Notes: generated from the letters alone by a model not told the origin. Positions 49,774 to 61,367 are shown, counted from the first letter of the stretch. The stretch is DNA of 64,000 nucleotides from an uncultured Gemmatimonadaceae bacterium (GCA_963781585.1 CAWAGQ010000005.1:128001-192000); one strand, 5' to 3'. Made by a program: numbers and translations.

Positions 49774-50544
49774 ATGTGGCGATACCGATGCATGGGCACG
49801 ACGGCCTCGCTTCTCTTTGCCGGCATGCTGCTGGGCGCTGATGCGCAGCCGGCAGTGGCCCAGAATGGCAACAGCCGGCCGCTCTTCGAATGGAGTGGAC
49901 GGGTGGATCGCGAGGTCCAGCTCACGATGCGGGGACGCAACGTGTGGACACGGGCCTACGGTCAGATGGATCAACCCCTGCCGGGTCCGGACATCATGAC
50001 CGCGCTTCCGCAGAATGATGGCGTCGTCCGGGTTCTGCTCGAGCACGGACTGGGCGAGGTCCAGGTGGTCCAGCAACCCACCAGCGAGAACGACTACACG
50101 GCCATTGTCCGCATCCGTGACCGCAGCAACAGTGGGGAGCCCAACCGGATAACGGTGTCGTGGCTCCCGTACGCGTCGAGCGGTGGCGAGGTGGTCGAAC
50201 GGAGTGACGTCGCGGCGCCGCGCGGCCGGTACGCCGGTGAGCGTACGGTGCTGCACTGGACGGGGCGGGTGGACGACGCGATCGAGATCCGTATCCGCGG
50301 GCAGCAGCTGGATTACCGCACGCTGAGCGGTGACGAGCCGGAGGACATCCACTCCAACCTGGCGCCATACGGGCTGCCGATGGACTACGCCAATGTCCGC
50401 ATCCATCAGCTGGAAGGTCGCGGCACCGTGACCCTGGTCCAGCAGCCCAATGCGGAAAACAACTTCATGGCCGTCTTGCGGATCTACGATCCGCAACCCC
50501 GTACCGGCTTCTACGACTTCGACCTGACGGTCCCGAACCGGTAA
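49774..50544 (+). CDS. Exported hypothetical protein with two copies of a ~100 aa domain
   Basis: GGAGG RBS, signal peptide; W.GRVD..RG and G.G.V..VQQP..EN...A..RI.D occur twice. Confidence 0.82.
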   Translation: MWRYRCMGTTASLLFAGMLLGADAQPAVAQNGNSRPLFEWSGRVDREVQLTMRGRNVWTRAYGQMDQPLPGPDIMTALPQNDGVVRVLLEHGLGEVQVVQQPTSENDYTAIVRIRDRSNSGEPNRITVSWLPYASSGGEVVERSDVAAPRGRYAGERTVLHWTGRVDDAIEIRIRGQQLDYRTLSGDEPEDIHSNLAPYGLPMDYANVRIHQLEGRGTVTLVQQPNAENNFMAVLRIYDPQPRTGFYDFDLTVPNR

Positions 50545-50806
50545 CGGGTGGGTGCTCGACTCGCGCAGGTTGAGAGGGCCTGCGTGACCGAGCGAACACG
50601 CGCCGTCGGAGAGCGATCTCCGGCGGCGCGTGCTATCCCGGCCGGTCGTGTTCCCCGCTTCACCGGCGCCGGGGCTTCAGGCTCTTCCACCCGAACCATG
50701 CGGGCGTCGGATCGCATTTCGCAGCCAGGTACTGTCTCCAAGGGGACGGTGACGAGTCGACGTGGCCCGGCTTGACGTGGTGCTCAGGGCGAGCGATAGC
50801 TACCAT

Positions 50807-51380
50807 ATGGCTTCTCGACGCAATTTCCTCGCTGCCGTCACGGCCAGTCTCTGCGCCGCCTGTGCCCCGGCGTCACGCACCGCGCTGCGCGTTGCAGCCA
50901 CAGCGTACGACGCCACCGTCACCACCGATCTGAATCGCCTGCGCGCGGCCACTGACAAGTTTCACTCACTCGACTCCGCCGTCGCCGCCGGGTATGTGCG
51001 CGACGTGCCGGCGTGCCTTGTGCACGAGCATCACGGTGCGATGGGTTACCACCACACCAACGCCGCGTACATGGACGCCAGGGTCGATATCGAGCGTCCG
51101 GAGATTCTGCTGTACGAACGCATGCCCGACGGTGCCTATCGCCTGAACGGCGTGGAGTTCATCGTCCCCTATCGGGCGTGGTCACGCGACTCCGTGGCTC
51201 CGGTTATCATGGGACAGCGCCTCAAGTACGAGGACAACCTCAAACTCTGGTATCTCCACGTGTGGGCGTGGCAGACCAATCCCGACGGCCTGTTCGCCGA
51301 CTTCCACCCGGACGTGCAGTGCCCGGACAGCGCCCGCAAGGTATTCATGCCGTACATGCAGCCGCCGCAGCTGCCCCTAA
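50807..51380 (+). CDS. Hypothetical His/Met-containing exported protein with Tat-like signal; stop probably lost by a 1-nt indel near 51375
   Basis: MASRRNFLAA..LCAAC; AMGYHH, PEILLYE and LHVWAW..NPDGLFADFHP; removing one C in ctgcccctaa gives an in-frame TAA. Confidence 0.75.
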
Positions 51381-52042
51381 AGCAGGTTCTCGCGCACCGC
51401 CCGCGCCACCGCCCCGCTGCGGTTGTTCACGTGCAGCTTGGCGTAGATGTTGCGCACGTGACCGTCGATGGTGTGCGGGCTCAGGCGCAGCTCCCCGGCG
51501 ATGTCGTTCTTGGTGAGCCCGTCCACCAGCCGCTGGAGGATCTGGCGTTCGCGGTCGGAGAGGCCGTAGTCGGTCTGCGGCGTGGCCATGCGCGCGAACA
51601 TCTCGAGCACCCGGCGCGCGATCTGCGCGTCCATCGCCGCGCCGCCATCAAGCACTTTCTCGATCCCGCCCATGATCTCGTCCCGGGGCGACGATTTGAG
51701 CAGGTACCCGGACGCGCCCGCGCACACGGCCTCGAAGATCTTCTCGTTGCTCTGGTGCACGGTGAGCATGACCACCGGGATCGACGGATTGGTCTTCCGG
51801 ATGGATCGAACGCAGTCGGTCCCGCTCATGCCGGGCAGGGCCAGATCCATGAGAATGAGGCGGGGCAGTTCCTTCCCGTCGCCTAACGCATCGAGCGCGG
51901 ACTCGGCATCGGCGAACAGCTCGGTGCAGGTGAACCGGTCACTCTGGTCGAGCAGCTCGCCCAGGGTGCGCCGATACATCGCGCTGTCCTCCACCACCCA
52001 GATGGGCGCCCGATGATTCGCAGTGCGACCGGCCCCGCTCAT
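51377..52042 (-). CDS. NarL/LuxR-family response regulator
   Basis: VVEDS, ILMDLALPG, GASGYLLK and LSDRERQIL..HVRNIYAKLHV. Confidence 0.95.
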   Translation of the reverse strand: MSGAGRTANHRAPIWVVEDSAMYRRTLGELLDQSDRFTCTELFADAESALDALGDGKELPRLILMDLALPGMSGTDCVRSIRKTNPSIPVVMLTVHQSNEKIFEAVCAGASGYLLKSSPRDEIMGGIEKVLDGGAAMDAQIARRVLEMFARMATPQTDYGLSDRERQILQRLVDGLTKNDIAGELRLSPHTIDGHVRNIYAKLHVNNRSGAVARAVRENLL

Positions 52043-52085
52043 GTCGCCCAAGGTAGACACCGGGCCTGACGCGCGCACGACGCGT

Positions 52086-55058
52086 TCACGTCGTCTTCAC
52101 CGTGACCCGCGCCGTCGTCCCCCCGCCCGGCTGGCTGGTCAGTTCCAGATTCCCGCCCAGCCGGGCGGCTCGCTCCCGCACGCTCTTCAGCCCTGTCCCG
52201 CGACGGGAACCGTTCGGACTGAATCCCACGCCATTGTCGGACACCGTCACCTCGATCCCCCGCCCGCGGGGCGCCACCGCGATGTGCACTTCGGTCGCCT
52301 GGGCGTGCCTGACGACGTTGTGCAGGAGCTCCTTGTACAACAGCAGGAGGTCGCGGCGATCCGCCATGCCGACGTGCTCCGGGAGCGCGCCCACCGCCGG
52401 CGCGTCGAACGTCACCCGGATGTCCCGCAGCAGTCCGGTAGCGACGTCCTTCATTCGGGTCACGACGTCATCGAGCCGGTCGGCATCCGGATCGATCGCC
52501 CACACGATGTCGCGCAGGTCGTCCACCATCTCGCGCGCCGACTGGCCGATCCGCTGGAGCTGCACGCGTTCGGGCCCGGCCGCCGAGCCGCCGCGATCCC
52601 GGGAATCGGACAACAGAGCGATGCTGCTCAGGCCCGCGCCGATCTCGTCATGCAGATCGCGGGAAATGCGGAGCCGGAGCCGTTCGGTCGCCACTGCCTG
52701 ACGCAGACGAACCCGGTGCGCCCCCCACAACAACACGGCGAACAGCAGGAGGATCAGGCCACGAAACCACGCCGTGCGCCAGACCGGCGGCACCACCTGA
52801 AGCCGAATTGCGCCGCCTGGCGTGCTCCACCCTCCGTCCGCGCCACCCGCCACCTGTACCTGGAACGTGTACGTTCCGGGCGAAGGCGTGGAGTAGGTCA
52901 CGATGTGGTCGCTGGATTCGATCCACACGTCGCTCAGTCCTTCCAGCCGGTAGCGGTAGCGCGGCGCCGGTCCGGCCGCGAAGGTCAGGGCGGCAAAGTC
53001 GATCGTGAACGCGCGGTCGCCCGGTGCGAGTCGCAGTGGCGAGGCGGCGGCGATCGGCACGTCGGTGATCGCCTGCTGCGCGACCGTGCGCAGGCGCGTG
53101 AAGACGATCGGCGGTGCATCGGGGCCGCCGGTCGCGGCCTCCGGACGGAATCGCGTCAATCCCTCGACCCCGCCGAACACCATCTCGCCGTCCCGCAGCC
53201 GCAGCGCGGCCCGCCGATTGAACTCGCCGCTCAGCACCCCGTCCTGCCGGCGATAGCGACGCGCCTCTCCCGTCGCAGGCGAGTAGTGCACCAGTCCCTG
53301 CGACGTGCCTAACCAGAGCCGGCCGGCGCCATCGTCCTGCACGGAGAAGACGGTCGTGTTCCGAAGTTCGGGGACATCGATCGGCGCGAATCCGCGGCGC
53401 GCCGGGTCCCATCGCTGGAGCCCGTTGTGACTGGCCAGCCACAGCACGCCGTGCGCGTCGCGACGGATATCATAGATGCGCGCAGTCTCGGACGCGACCG
53501 CCTCAACGCGTTCCAGTGCGCCGATCACCCGGCCGCGCGCCACCCGCGCGCGAAACAGCGCGCCGCCGCCGATCCAGAGCGACCCCGAATCGGGATCCGC
53601 GTAGACCGAAACGAGCTTCGCCGACGCCGGCACCGGCGGCCCGGTTGCGCCGCTCGCGGGATCGAAGCTCACCACATCGGACTCGGATACGAGCCAGAAC
53701 CACCCGTCCTGATCCCGCGCAATCCCGAACGCGCCATGAGCCAGAGGGAAGCACGAGAAGCGACCTCCACGGAACATGCACAGCCCGTCGTTGGTCGCGA
53801 CCCACAGGCGCCCAGCGCGATCCTCCTCGAGCCCCCACACCTCATCGGACAGGAGGCTTGTCGACACCCCCTCTTCATGGCGGAATGTCTCCACGCGGCG
53901 TCCATCGGCACTGACGCGCGACACCCCACCCCGCAGGGTTCCGATCCACAGGCTGCCGTCGTCCGGCTCGGCGAGCGCGGTCACGAAATCGCTCGCCAGG
54001 GCGAGCGACGGGCTCGAGCGATGCGACTGCCAGACGAAGGCCGGCGTGCGCGGATCGAGTCGGAGCGCTCCCGACGCCAACGTCGCGAGCCAGATGCCAC
54101 CTTCGCGATCGACCGCGATATCCTGCGCCAGCAGACCGGTACCGAAAATCTCGGGAGAATCCCAGCGCTCGATGACCCGTCCAAGCGCATCGACGCGGGA
54201 GAGCGCGCCATCGGTGGGGACCAGCACCGCGTCCGAATCGCCGAGCGCCAGCGTCCTGACCGTCTGGCTGCGAAATGCCTCAACGCTGCGGAATCGATCA
54301 CGACCCGGTTCGAGCACCTCCACGCCGGCCTCGCCGGCAACCCAGATCGCGCCCGCCCGGTCCTCCAGCATCGCGCGTGGCGTGACGATCGAGGCCAGTG
54401 CATACCGCCTGAGCCCGCCCGTGGAGGGATCCACGCGCACCACGCGGCCCATCGGCCGTCCGCCGCCGGCCAGCCAGACCGCGCCCGCGCGGCTGGTGGC
54501 GAGTACGCCGAAAGTGGCCAACGAACTGTCCGCGGCGACCGCGCGGAGGCGCGGCGCCCCGCCACCCGATTCGATGTCTCGCAACGTGTCGCCGTCAATC
54601 AGCCACAGCCGGCCCTCCGAGTCCGGGGCCCACGCGTCGCCCGGCCGGAGTGGGGTCCCGTGCGGGGCGACAAGAACGAACCGGAGCGATCCGGCGTCGC
54701 GCCTGAACAGCGCTCCCGCGGCCTGCACCCAGAGCGTCCCGCGGGGATCGAGGCGCAAGCCGTCAATCAGTCCGCTGAGCTCCTCCGGTGCGCCCGGATC
54801 GAGCGACGAATATCGGACGAAAGAATAGCCGTCGAATCGCTGCAGACCGCGGTCGCCCCCCAGCCAGATGAAGCCCGCCGCATCCTGCACCACCGCCGTC
54901 AGCAGGTTCTGGGAGAGGCCGTCGTCCACCGTGAAGTGGTCCGCGTGCGGCAGGTGCGGCTGCGCACCGAGCGTCGCTGCCGTGCCGGGCGCCGCAGCCG
55001 TGAACCACGTGAGCAGCAGCGCACGACGCTGTGTGAGGCAACGCGCGAACGGTCGCAT
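52086..55058 (-). CDS. Sensor histidine kinase with beta-propeller (Reg_prop), Y_Y_Y, HisKA_3 and HATPase domains
   Basis: DDGLSQN..QDAAGFIWLG repeats, YRYRLEG, ISRDLHDEIG and DNGVGF..GTGL. Confidence 0.95.
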   Translation of the reverse strand: MRPFARCLTQRRALLLTWFTAAAPGTAATLGAQPHLPHADHFTVDDGLSQNLLTAVVQDAAGFIWLGGDRGLQRFDGYSFVRYSSLDPGAPEELSGLIDGLRLDPRGTLWVQAAGALFRRDAGSLRFVLVAPHGTPLRPGDAWAPDSEGRLWLIDGDTLRDIESGGGAPRLRAVAADSSLATFGVLATSRAGAVWLAGGGRPMGRVVRVDPSTGGLRRYALASIVTPRAMLEDRAGAIWVAGEAGVEVLEPGRDRFRSVEAFRSQTVRTLALGDSDAVLVPTDGALSRVDALGRVIERWDSPEIFGTGLLAQDIAVDREGGIWLATLASGALRLDPRTPAFVWQSHRSSPSLALASDFVTALAEPDDGSLWIGTLRGGVSRVSADGRRVETFRHEEGVSTSLLSDEVWGLEEDRAGRLWVATNDGLCMFRGGRFSCFPLAHGAFGIARDQDGWFWLVSESDVVSFDPASGATGPPVPASAKLVSVYADPDSGSLWIGGGALFRARVARGRVIGALERVEAVASETARIYDIRRDAHGVLWLASHNGLQRWDPARRGFAPIDVPELRNTTVFSVQDDGAGRLWLGTSQGLVHYSPATGEARRYRRQDGVLSGEFNRRAALRLRDGEMVFGGVEGLTRFRPEAATGGPDAPPIVFTRLRTVAQQAITDVPIAAASPLRLAPGDRAFTIDFAALTFAAGPAPRYRYRLEGLSDVWIESSDHIVTYSTPSPGTYTFQVQVAGGADGGWSTPGGAIRLQVVPPVWRTAWFRGLILLLFAVLLWGAHRVRLRQAVATERLRLRISRDLHDEIGAGLSSIALLSDSRDRGGSAAGPERVQLQRIGQSAREMVDDLRDIVWAIDPDADRLDDVVTRMKDVATGLLRDIRVTFDAPAVGALPEHVGMADRRDLLLLYKELLHNVVRHAQATEVHIAVAPRGRGIEVTVSDNGVGFSPNGSRRGTGLKSVRERAARLGGNLELTSQPGGGTTARVTVKTT

Positions 55059-55281
55059 GATGGGCCCGGGCGAAGATGACCGCCGCATCATCCCCCGGCA
55101 AGCATGCCGGCATATCGTCCGGCTGCGGCATCCGAGCAACACCTGCACCGGTCCTCAGCAACGTGAACGCGTCATGCGCCCCGTTCCGGACGCCCACACC
55201 TTAGGCAGACGTGCGACGAGCGGGGAACGAAGGCTCCGGTCGTCGTGGCCGATTTCGTCCGCCCGATGAGGAAAGCGTACC

Positions 55282-57504
55282 ATGACAGCCAGTCGATCCG
55301 TTTCCGTAACGCGATGTCTCCTGCTTGGCCTGGTGGTGGCCGACGGATGCGGCGGGGACAGCGGCGGGCCAGCAGCGCCGGCGACCGTCGCCACCGTGGC
55401 CGTGTCACCGCCCTCGGCGACCCTGCTGCCGGACGACACGCTGCGCCTGACCGCGAGCGCCCTGGATTCCCACGGATCGGCCGTCAGCGGGAAGAATCCG
55501 ACCTGGTCGTCGAGCGCCACGGCTGTGGCGACGGTTTCGTCGTCAGGCACCGTGACGGCCCTCGCGCCCGGAGTGACCTCGATCCGCGCGACCGTCGATG
55601 GCAAGAGCGGCAGTGCGACGATCACGGTGAATGACCCCGGCCCGCGGATTGTCCTGGACGCCGCTTCGGCATCGGAAACCATCGGGTCGGCGGGCGGGTC
55701 CGTGAGCGTCACGTCGGCCGACGGCGTGCACTACACGCTCACCGTTCCACCGGGCGCGCTGCTCACCTCGCAGCAGATCACCATGACGCCCGTTGCGAGC
55801 GTCCGGAAGCTGGGGCTCAGCGGCGGTCTGGTGGGGGGCGTGGACTTTCAGCCCACCGGACTGCACTTCGCGAAGGCGGCGCAGCTGCGCATCGAGATCC
55901 GGCAGCGTCCGGCGGCGGGACTCCGGCTGGTCGGGTTGACCTTCGAGGGAGACGCGAACCCTCCCGATCTCTCACCCGCGGCCGATAGCGGCACGGTCGC
56001 GCTGTTGCCGATCGCCCATTTCAGCGTTGGGGTCGCCGGCTTCGGCACGACCGCTGACGTCCGGGCGATCGCCGCCGGAGCCGGTGCGGTTCCGACGTCA
56101 TCGAGCAAGTTCTACATCGACTCTCTGCTCGTGCTCTCGGGCGACTCGACGACCAGCCAGCAAGCGTACACCGATGTTCTGCGCACATGGTTCACCAACG
56201 TCGTGCTCCCACTCTTCCAGAACGCAACCACCGACGCGCAGCTCGTCCTCGCACTGAGCGAGCTCCACTGGTGGGAAACCGACACGCCGCTCGCACTCGG
56301 AATCACCCCTCCCACGCCGGCTACGTATCCTAACGAATTCGCGCAGCTCCAACCCATCGTTGCCGCGAAGATCGGAGACGCGATCGACGGGAACAACACG
56401 GTCTGTCGCGACAACCAGAGCTTCTCGGCGCTGGCCAACGTCCTCTTCTGGGCCGACCGGGCCGCCGACCTCGGCGTCGCCACCCCCGCTTTCAACCTGG
56501 ATTGGGCATCGATTCGCGCGGGCCTGTGCGTCGACATCGTCCTCGTGGCCGACACCCTGCCCGATCCGCTCGTGGTCGGTACGCCGTACAGCCTGGTCAC
56601 CGTGTTCGGCGTGCAGTTCCTGCAGAACGGCACGCCACAGGACGCCGCGTTCGCGATGTCGCTCCCAACGACGTCCAACGTGCTCGACATCGCGAACCCA
56701 ACCGGCAACACCAACCTGCAGGGGCTCTATACGACCGTGGTCACGCCCCTTGCCGCCGGCGATGCCTCCATCGTGCCCACCGCCTGCCTCATCATGCCGG
56801 GGACCATAACGCCGACCAGCATCTGCGGGTCCCAGCAGCTGACCCACACGTCGGTCGACGAGCTGAAACTTCCGGGGACATTGCCCGACGGCAAGCTCGG
56901 TGTCCCCTACTCGGCGGCGCTCTTTCCCACCGGCGGCAATGGCACCTACGCCTTCAGTCTCGCCTCGGGCCAGCTTCCGCCCGGTGTCAACATTTCGCCG
57001 TCCGGAGTGTTCTCGGGAACGCCGACGCTGCTTGGGCCCTTCCTCTTCACCGTGCGCGTCACGAGCGGTGGCCAGACCATTGAGAAGAGCTTCGCGATCA
57101 CCATCGACTCCCCACCGCCAGCTCCGCTGCACGCGGGCGCCTGGGAGAAGGACTCGCATATCTGGCTCGTGCATTGCTGCGGTGTCGTGGTCCCGCAGAA
57201 CCGGGGCATCCGGCTGGAGATCTATTTCCCCGGTGACGGCACCACGCATCTCCGGGCTTTCCAGCCGCCGGTGAGCCCCGGTGACACTCCAGCCTGGGAC
57301 GTGGAGATCACGTCGACCAACGGCACGGATTTCACTGGAGCGAGCGCTTCCATCCCCGCGCCATTCGTCTGGGAGGGGGCGAGCCTGACGGTGCAGGGGA
57401 CGGAGCTGAGCAACGGCACACTGTCGATATCGTGGACGCTCACGATCCCCGGTGTGGGATTCGCCGAGGGCAGCCCGTCGCCGGACATCATTCCGCCGGG
57501 GTAG
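55282..57504 (+). CDS. Surface/lipoprotein-like protein with Big_2 Ig-like and putative Ig domains
   Basis: GCGGDSGG after a hydrophobic leader; TWSSSATAVATVSSSGTVTA; GGNGTYAFSLASGQLPPGV..SGTPT. Confidence 0.82.
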   Translation: MTASRSVSVTRCLLLGLVVADGCGGDSGGPAAPATVATVAVSPPSATLLPDDTLRLTASALDSHGSAVSGKNPTWSSSATAVATVSSSGTVTALAPGVTSIRATVDGKSGSATITVNDPGPRIVLDAASASETIGSAGGSVSVTSADGVHYTLTVPPGALLTSQQITMTPVASVRKLGLSGGLVGGVDFQPTGLHFAKAAQLRIEIRQRPAAGLRLVGLTFEGDANPPDLSPAADSGTVALLPIAHFSVGVAGFGTTADVRAIAAGAGAVPTSSSKFYIDSLLVLSGDSTTSQQAYTDVLRTWFTNVVLPLFQNATTDAQLVLALSELHWWETDTPLALGITPPTPATYPNEFAQLQPIVAAKIGDAIDGNNTVCRDNQSFSALANVLFWADRAADLGVATPAFNLDWASIRAGLCVDIVLVADTLPDPLVVGTPYSLVTVFGVQFLQNGTPQDAAFAMSLPTTSNVLDIANPTGNTNLQGLYTTVVTPLAAGDASIVPTACLIMPGTITPTSICGSQQLTHTSVDELKLPGTLPDGKLGVPYSAALFPTGGNGTYAFSLASGQLPPGVNISPSGVFSGTPTLLGPFLFTVRVTSGGQTIEKSFAITIDSPPPAPLHAGAWEKDSHIWLVHCCGVVVPQNRGIRLEIYFPGDGTTHLRAFQPPVSPGDTPAWDVEITSTNGTDFTGASASIPAPFVWEGASLTVQGTELSNGTLSISWTLTIPGVGFAEGSPSPDIIPPG

Positions 57505-57674
57505 ACGTCGGCCCGGACTTGCAGCGGACGGCCTGCAATCGAACCAGCACGATCCGAGTGCTGTTCGCTGCGAGCAGCGGACTGCCAGCTTAACTTGTTC
57601 GCTGAAAGCTGATCGACCGTCCGTCCCGGGACGCGTCACACCATGTTCCCCTCGGCCTCGGCGAACACGCCGCA

Positions 57675-60600
57675 TTGCGACTCACTGGCACCGACCTCGT
57701 CCTCTCGGCAACCGATCTCTCCAACTTCCTCGGCTGCCGCCATCGCACCGCGCTCGACATGGCGGCGGCGATGGGAGATCGGAAGCGCCCCTACCGCCAT
57801 GATCCGCTCCTCGACCTCCTGCGCCGGCTCGGTGACGAGCACGAGACCGCGCATCTCCGATCACTCGAGGACGACGGCCTGCCGGTCGTCCAGCTCGCCG
57901 GGGTCCAGGATCGCGACGACCGGATGGCCCGGACGCTCGACGCGATGCACGCCGGTGCGCCGGTCATCGCCCAGGGCGCGTTAGGCGACGGCCGGTGGTT
58001 CGGCTACGCGGACATTCTCCGGCGGGTGGAACGTCGCAGCGACTTTGGCGAGTGGTCGTACGAGGTCGCGGACACCAAGCTGGCGCGCGACACCCGCGCC
58101 GGGACGATTCTGCAGCTCGGCCTCTACTCGGAGATGCTGGCGGCTATCCAGGGATCTCGCCCCGAGTACTTCCACGTCATCACGCCGGACCCGCTCACGC
58201 CGGTCCATTCGTTTCGCGTCGACGACTTCGCTGCCTACTTCCGCCTCGTCCGCCGCCAGATGACCGATGCTGTCGCCGATGAGTACCCGGCGATACTCGC
58301 CGCCAACTACCCCGATCCCGTCGAGCACTGCGAGGTGTGCCCGTGGGATCCGGAGTGCCGGGAAAAGCGTCGCGCCGACGATCATCTCTCGCTCGTAGCC
58401 GGGATCACGCGACTGCAACGGCGGGAACTGGAGGGCAGGAGCGTCTCCACGCTCACGCAGCTCGCCGGGTTGCCGGTGCCGCTCCCGTTCAGGCCGCGTC
58501 GTGGATCGGTGGAGACGTACCACCGCGTACGCGAGCAGGCGAGGGTGCAGCTCGACTCGCGCGGACGGACGCCGCCACTGCACGAACTGCGCGAGGTCAC
58601 GATCGGAGAAGGGCTGTGCCGTCTGCCCGAGCCGTCGCCGCGCGATCTGTTTCTCGACCTCGAAGGCGACCACTTCGCGATCAGCGGCGAATCCGACACT
58701 GGGCCAGATCAACAGCGCGGACGCGAGTACCTCTTCGGTCTGGTCCGTGCCGGCGCCGATGGGAACCCGGACTACCTCAGCTGGTGGGCGTTCGACGAGC
58801 GCGAGGAGCGTGCGGCGTTCGAAGAGGTCATTGACCTGATCATGGAGGCCTTGCGCGACGACCCGTCGATGCACGTTTACCACTACGCGCCCTACGAGCC
58901 ATCGGCGTTCAAGCGCTTGATGGGTCGTTATGCGACGCGCGGGGAGGAACTGGACCGTCTGCTGCGCGGTGGCCGCTTCGTCGATCTCTATGCCGTCGTG
59001 CGACAGGCAATGTGGGCCGGCGTGGAGAGCTACTCCATCAAGCGACTGGAGCCGCTCTACGGTTTCACCCGCGACGTCGACCTCGGCCGCGCCAACGAGA
59101 GCCTTGCGGTGATGGAGCAGGCGCTGTGGCTCGGGCGAGCGACCGATCTCCCTCGTGAGGTGCGCGACGTGGTGGAGGGATACAATCGCGACGACTGCAT
59201 CTCGACGCTTCGCCTTCGCGACTGGCTGGAGCGCGTGCGGGAGGAAGCAGTCGCCGGCGGCGCGGACGTGCCGCGTCCGGTGCCTCCGGCCGATCAGGCG
59301 AGCGCACAGGTCGCCGAGCGCGATGCGCGGGTAACCGAGCTGCGCGCGCGACTGCTCGCGGATGTGCCGGAGACGCCGAGCGAGCTCACGGGCGAGCACC
59401 GTGCGCGCTACATCCTGGCGTACCTGCTCGACTGGCATCGGCGCGAGGACAAGGCGACCTGGTGGGAGTACTTTCGCCTGCGTGATCTGGCGGAAGAGGA
59501 TCTGTTCGACGAGCCGCAGGCCGTGGCCGGGATGCGATTCGTGGAGCGGGTCGAGGTTGTGCGGCGCAAGAAGGGCGGACGGCCGACCGGCTCGGTAATC
59601 GATCGGTACGAGTTTCCGTCACAGGAAATGGAGATACGGCGGGGAGCGGAACTCCATCTGCTGACCGAAGATGCTGGGAGCGCGGCTGAGGACGATGAGG
59701 CCGGCAGTCCGGCTCCGCAGCACCAGGTTTGGCGGGGTCGTCAGAACCGATCGGGCCGCGCGCACGATCGACGTGAAGAAGGGCCCCAAACGGGCGGAGG
59801 ATCATCCATCGGCGGTCTTCGCGCACATGCATATCCCACCCAGGGTACTCGAGGACGCGATCTTCCGCGTTGGCGAGAGCGTCGACGCGGACGGTCGCGT
59901 CGACGCCGGACTGCCATCAGCCGCCCGCGATCTCCTGCTGGCACGCGCCCCGCGAGTCCATACCGGCACTTTCGCGCCACGCGACGGCGAGTCCGTCACC
60001 GACTACGCCGTCCGACTCGTGGGCGATCTCGACCACACGGTGTTGGCCATTCAGGGCCCGCCGGGTTCGGGCAAGACGTACACGGGCGCCCGGATGATCT
60101 GCGCGCTGGTGAAGCAGGGGAAGAAGGTCGGCGTCACGGCGAACAGCCACAAGGTGATTCGCAACCTGCTCGATGCGGTGGCGCACGAGGCGGAGAGGCA
60201 GCGCGAGACGGTGCGGCTCGCGCACAAGGTGCGCGATGGCGACGACGAGGATGACGATGACATCGCCCGCGGGCACGCGACGGTGGTACGCGAGACGAGC
60301 GACAATGGCGAAGCGCGTGGCCTGCTCCAGTCTGGGGAGGCGGACGTGCTCGGCGGCACCGCCTGGCTCTGGGCACCCGAAGACTTCGCGGGGGCGGTGG
60401 AGGTGCTGTTCGTCGATGAGGCCGCACAGATGTCGTTGGCCAACGCCGTCGCGGCCTCGGGCGCCGCGAACAGCCTCGTCCTGCTCGGTGATCCCCAGCA
60501 GCTGGCGCAGCCGATCAAGGGCAGTCATCCCGATGGCGCCGGCGTCTCGGCCCTCGAACACATGCTGGGCGGGCACAAGACCATGCCGCCGGATCGCGGC

Positions 60601-61239
60601 CTCTTCCTGCCGATTACCTGGCGGCTTGCACCGGATATCTGCGCGTTCACGTCCGAGCTGTTCTATGAATCACGCCTGGAGTCCAAGCCCGGACTGGAGC
60701 AACAGCGGCTCATGGGCGCGACCGCGTTCGAGGGCGCGGGCCTCTGGCTGGCGGAGGTGGATCACGACGGCAACCGCAACTCCTCGCAGGAGGAAATCGA
60801 CATCGTCGCTGATCTCGTGCGGCGCCTGACGTCGCCCGGCGTGCAATGGGTGAACGAGAAGGGCGAGGCCGCACAACTGAAAGGCGAGAACATCCTGGTG
60901 GTGGCGCCGTACAACGCACAGGTAAGTCGCCTCGCCGAGCAGCTCGCGGGTACCGGTGCGCGGGTCGGGACCGTGGACAGGTTCCAGGGGCAAGAGGCTC
61001 CGGTCGTCATCTATTCGATGGCCACGTCGCGACCTGAGGATGCCCCACGCGGGATGGAGTTTCTCTACAGCCTCAACCGGCTCAACGTGGCGACGTCACG
61101 GGCGCGGTGCGCGGCCATCCTCGTGGCGAGTCCCCGGTTGTTCGAGCCGGAGTGCGGGACTCCGCGCCAGATGAAGCTGGCGAATGCGCTATGCCGGTTC
61201 CGGGAGCTAGCGCGGCAGGTGCAGGAAGCCGCGACATGA
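57675..61239 (+). CDS. TM0106-family RecB-like nuclease fused to RNase H-like and SF1 (Dna2/Upf1-like) helicase domains; frameshift near 59725
   Basis: LSATDL..C, GYADIL..YEVADTK..QLGLY, CEVC..C, LDLEGD..YNRDDC, QGPPGSGKT, VDEAAQ, GDPQQL, TVDRFQGQE and RLNVATSRA. Confidence 0.92.
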
Positions 61240-61367
61240 TTCGATGGGCCCTTTCCGCCGTCCTGGTTGTGCTCATGATGCTCGCCGCAACGACGATGGC
61301 GCGTGGAGATGGCATAACTGGACGCCCGCGATCGCCGGCCGCCATCAACAGTTGGCCTTCGTCACAG

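Noticed and set aside
33323..55079. Long alternative-frame or antisense ORFs (33323..35098, 37033..38922, 53427..55079, and likewise 29023..30918)
   Set aside because: Arg/Ala/Pro-rich shadow ORFs overlapping well-supported genes, as expected at high GC.
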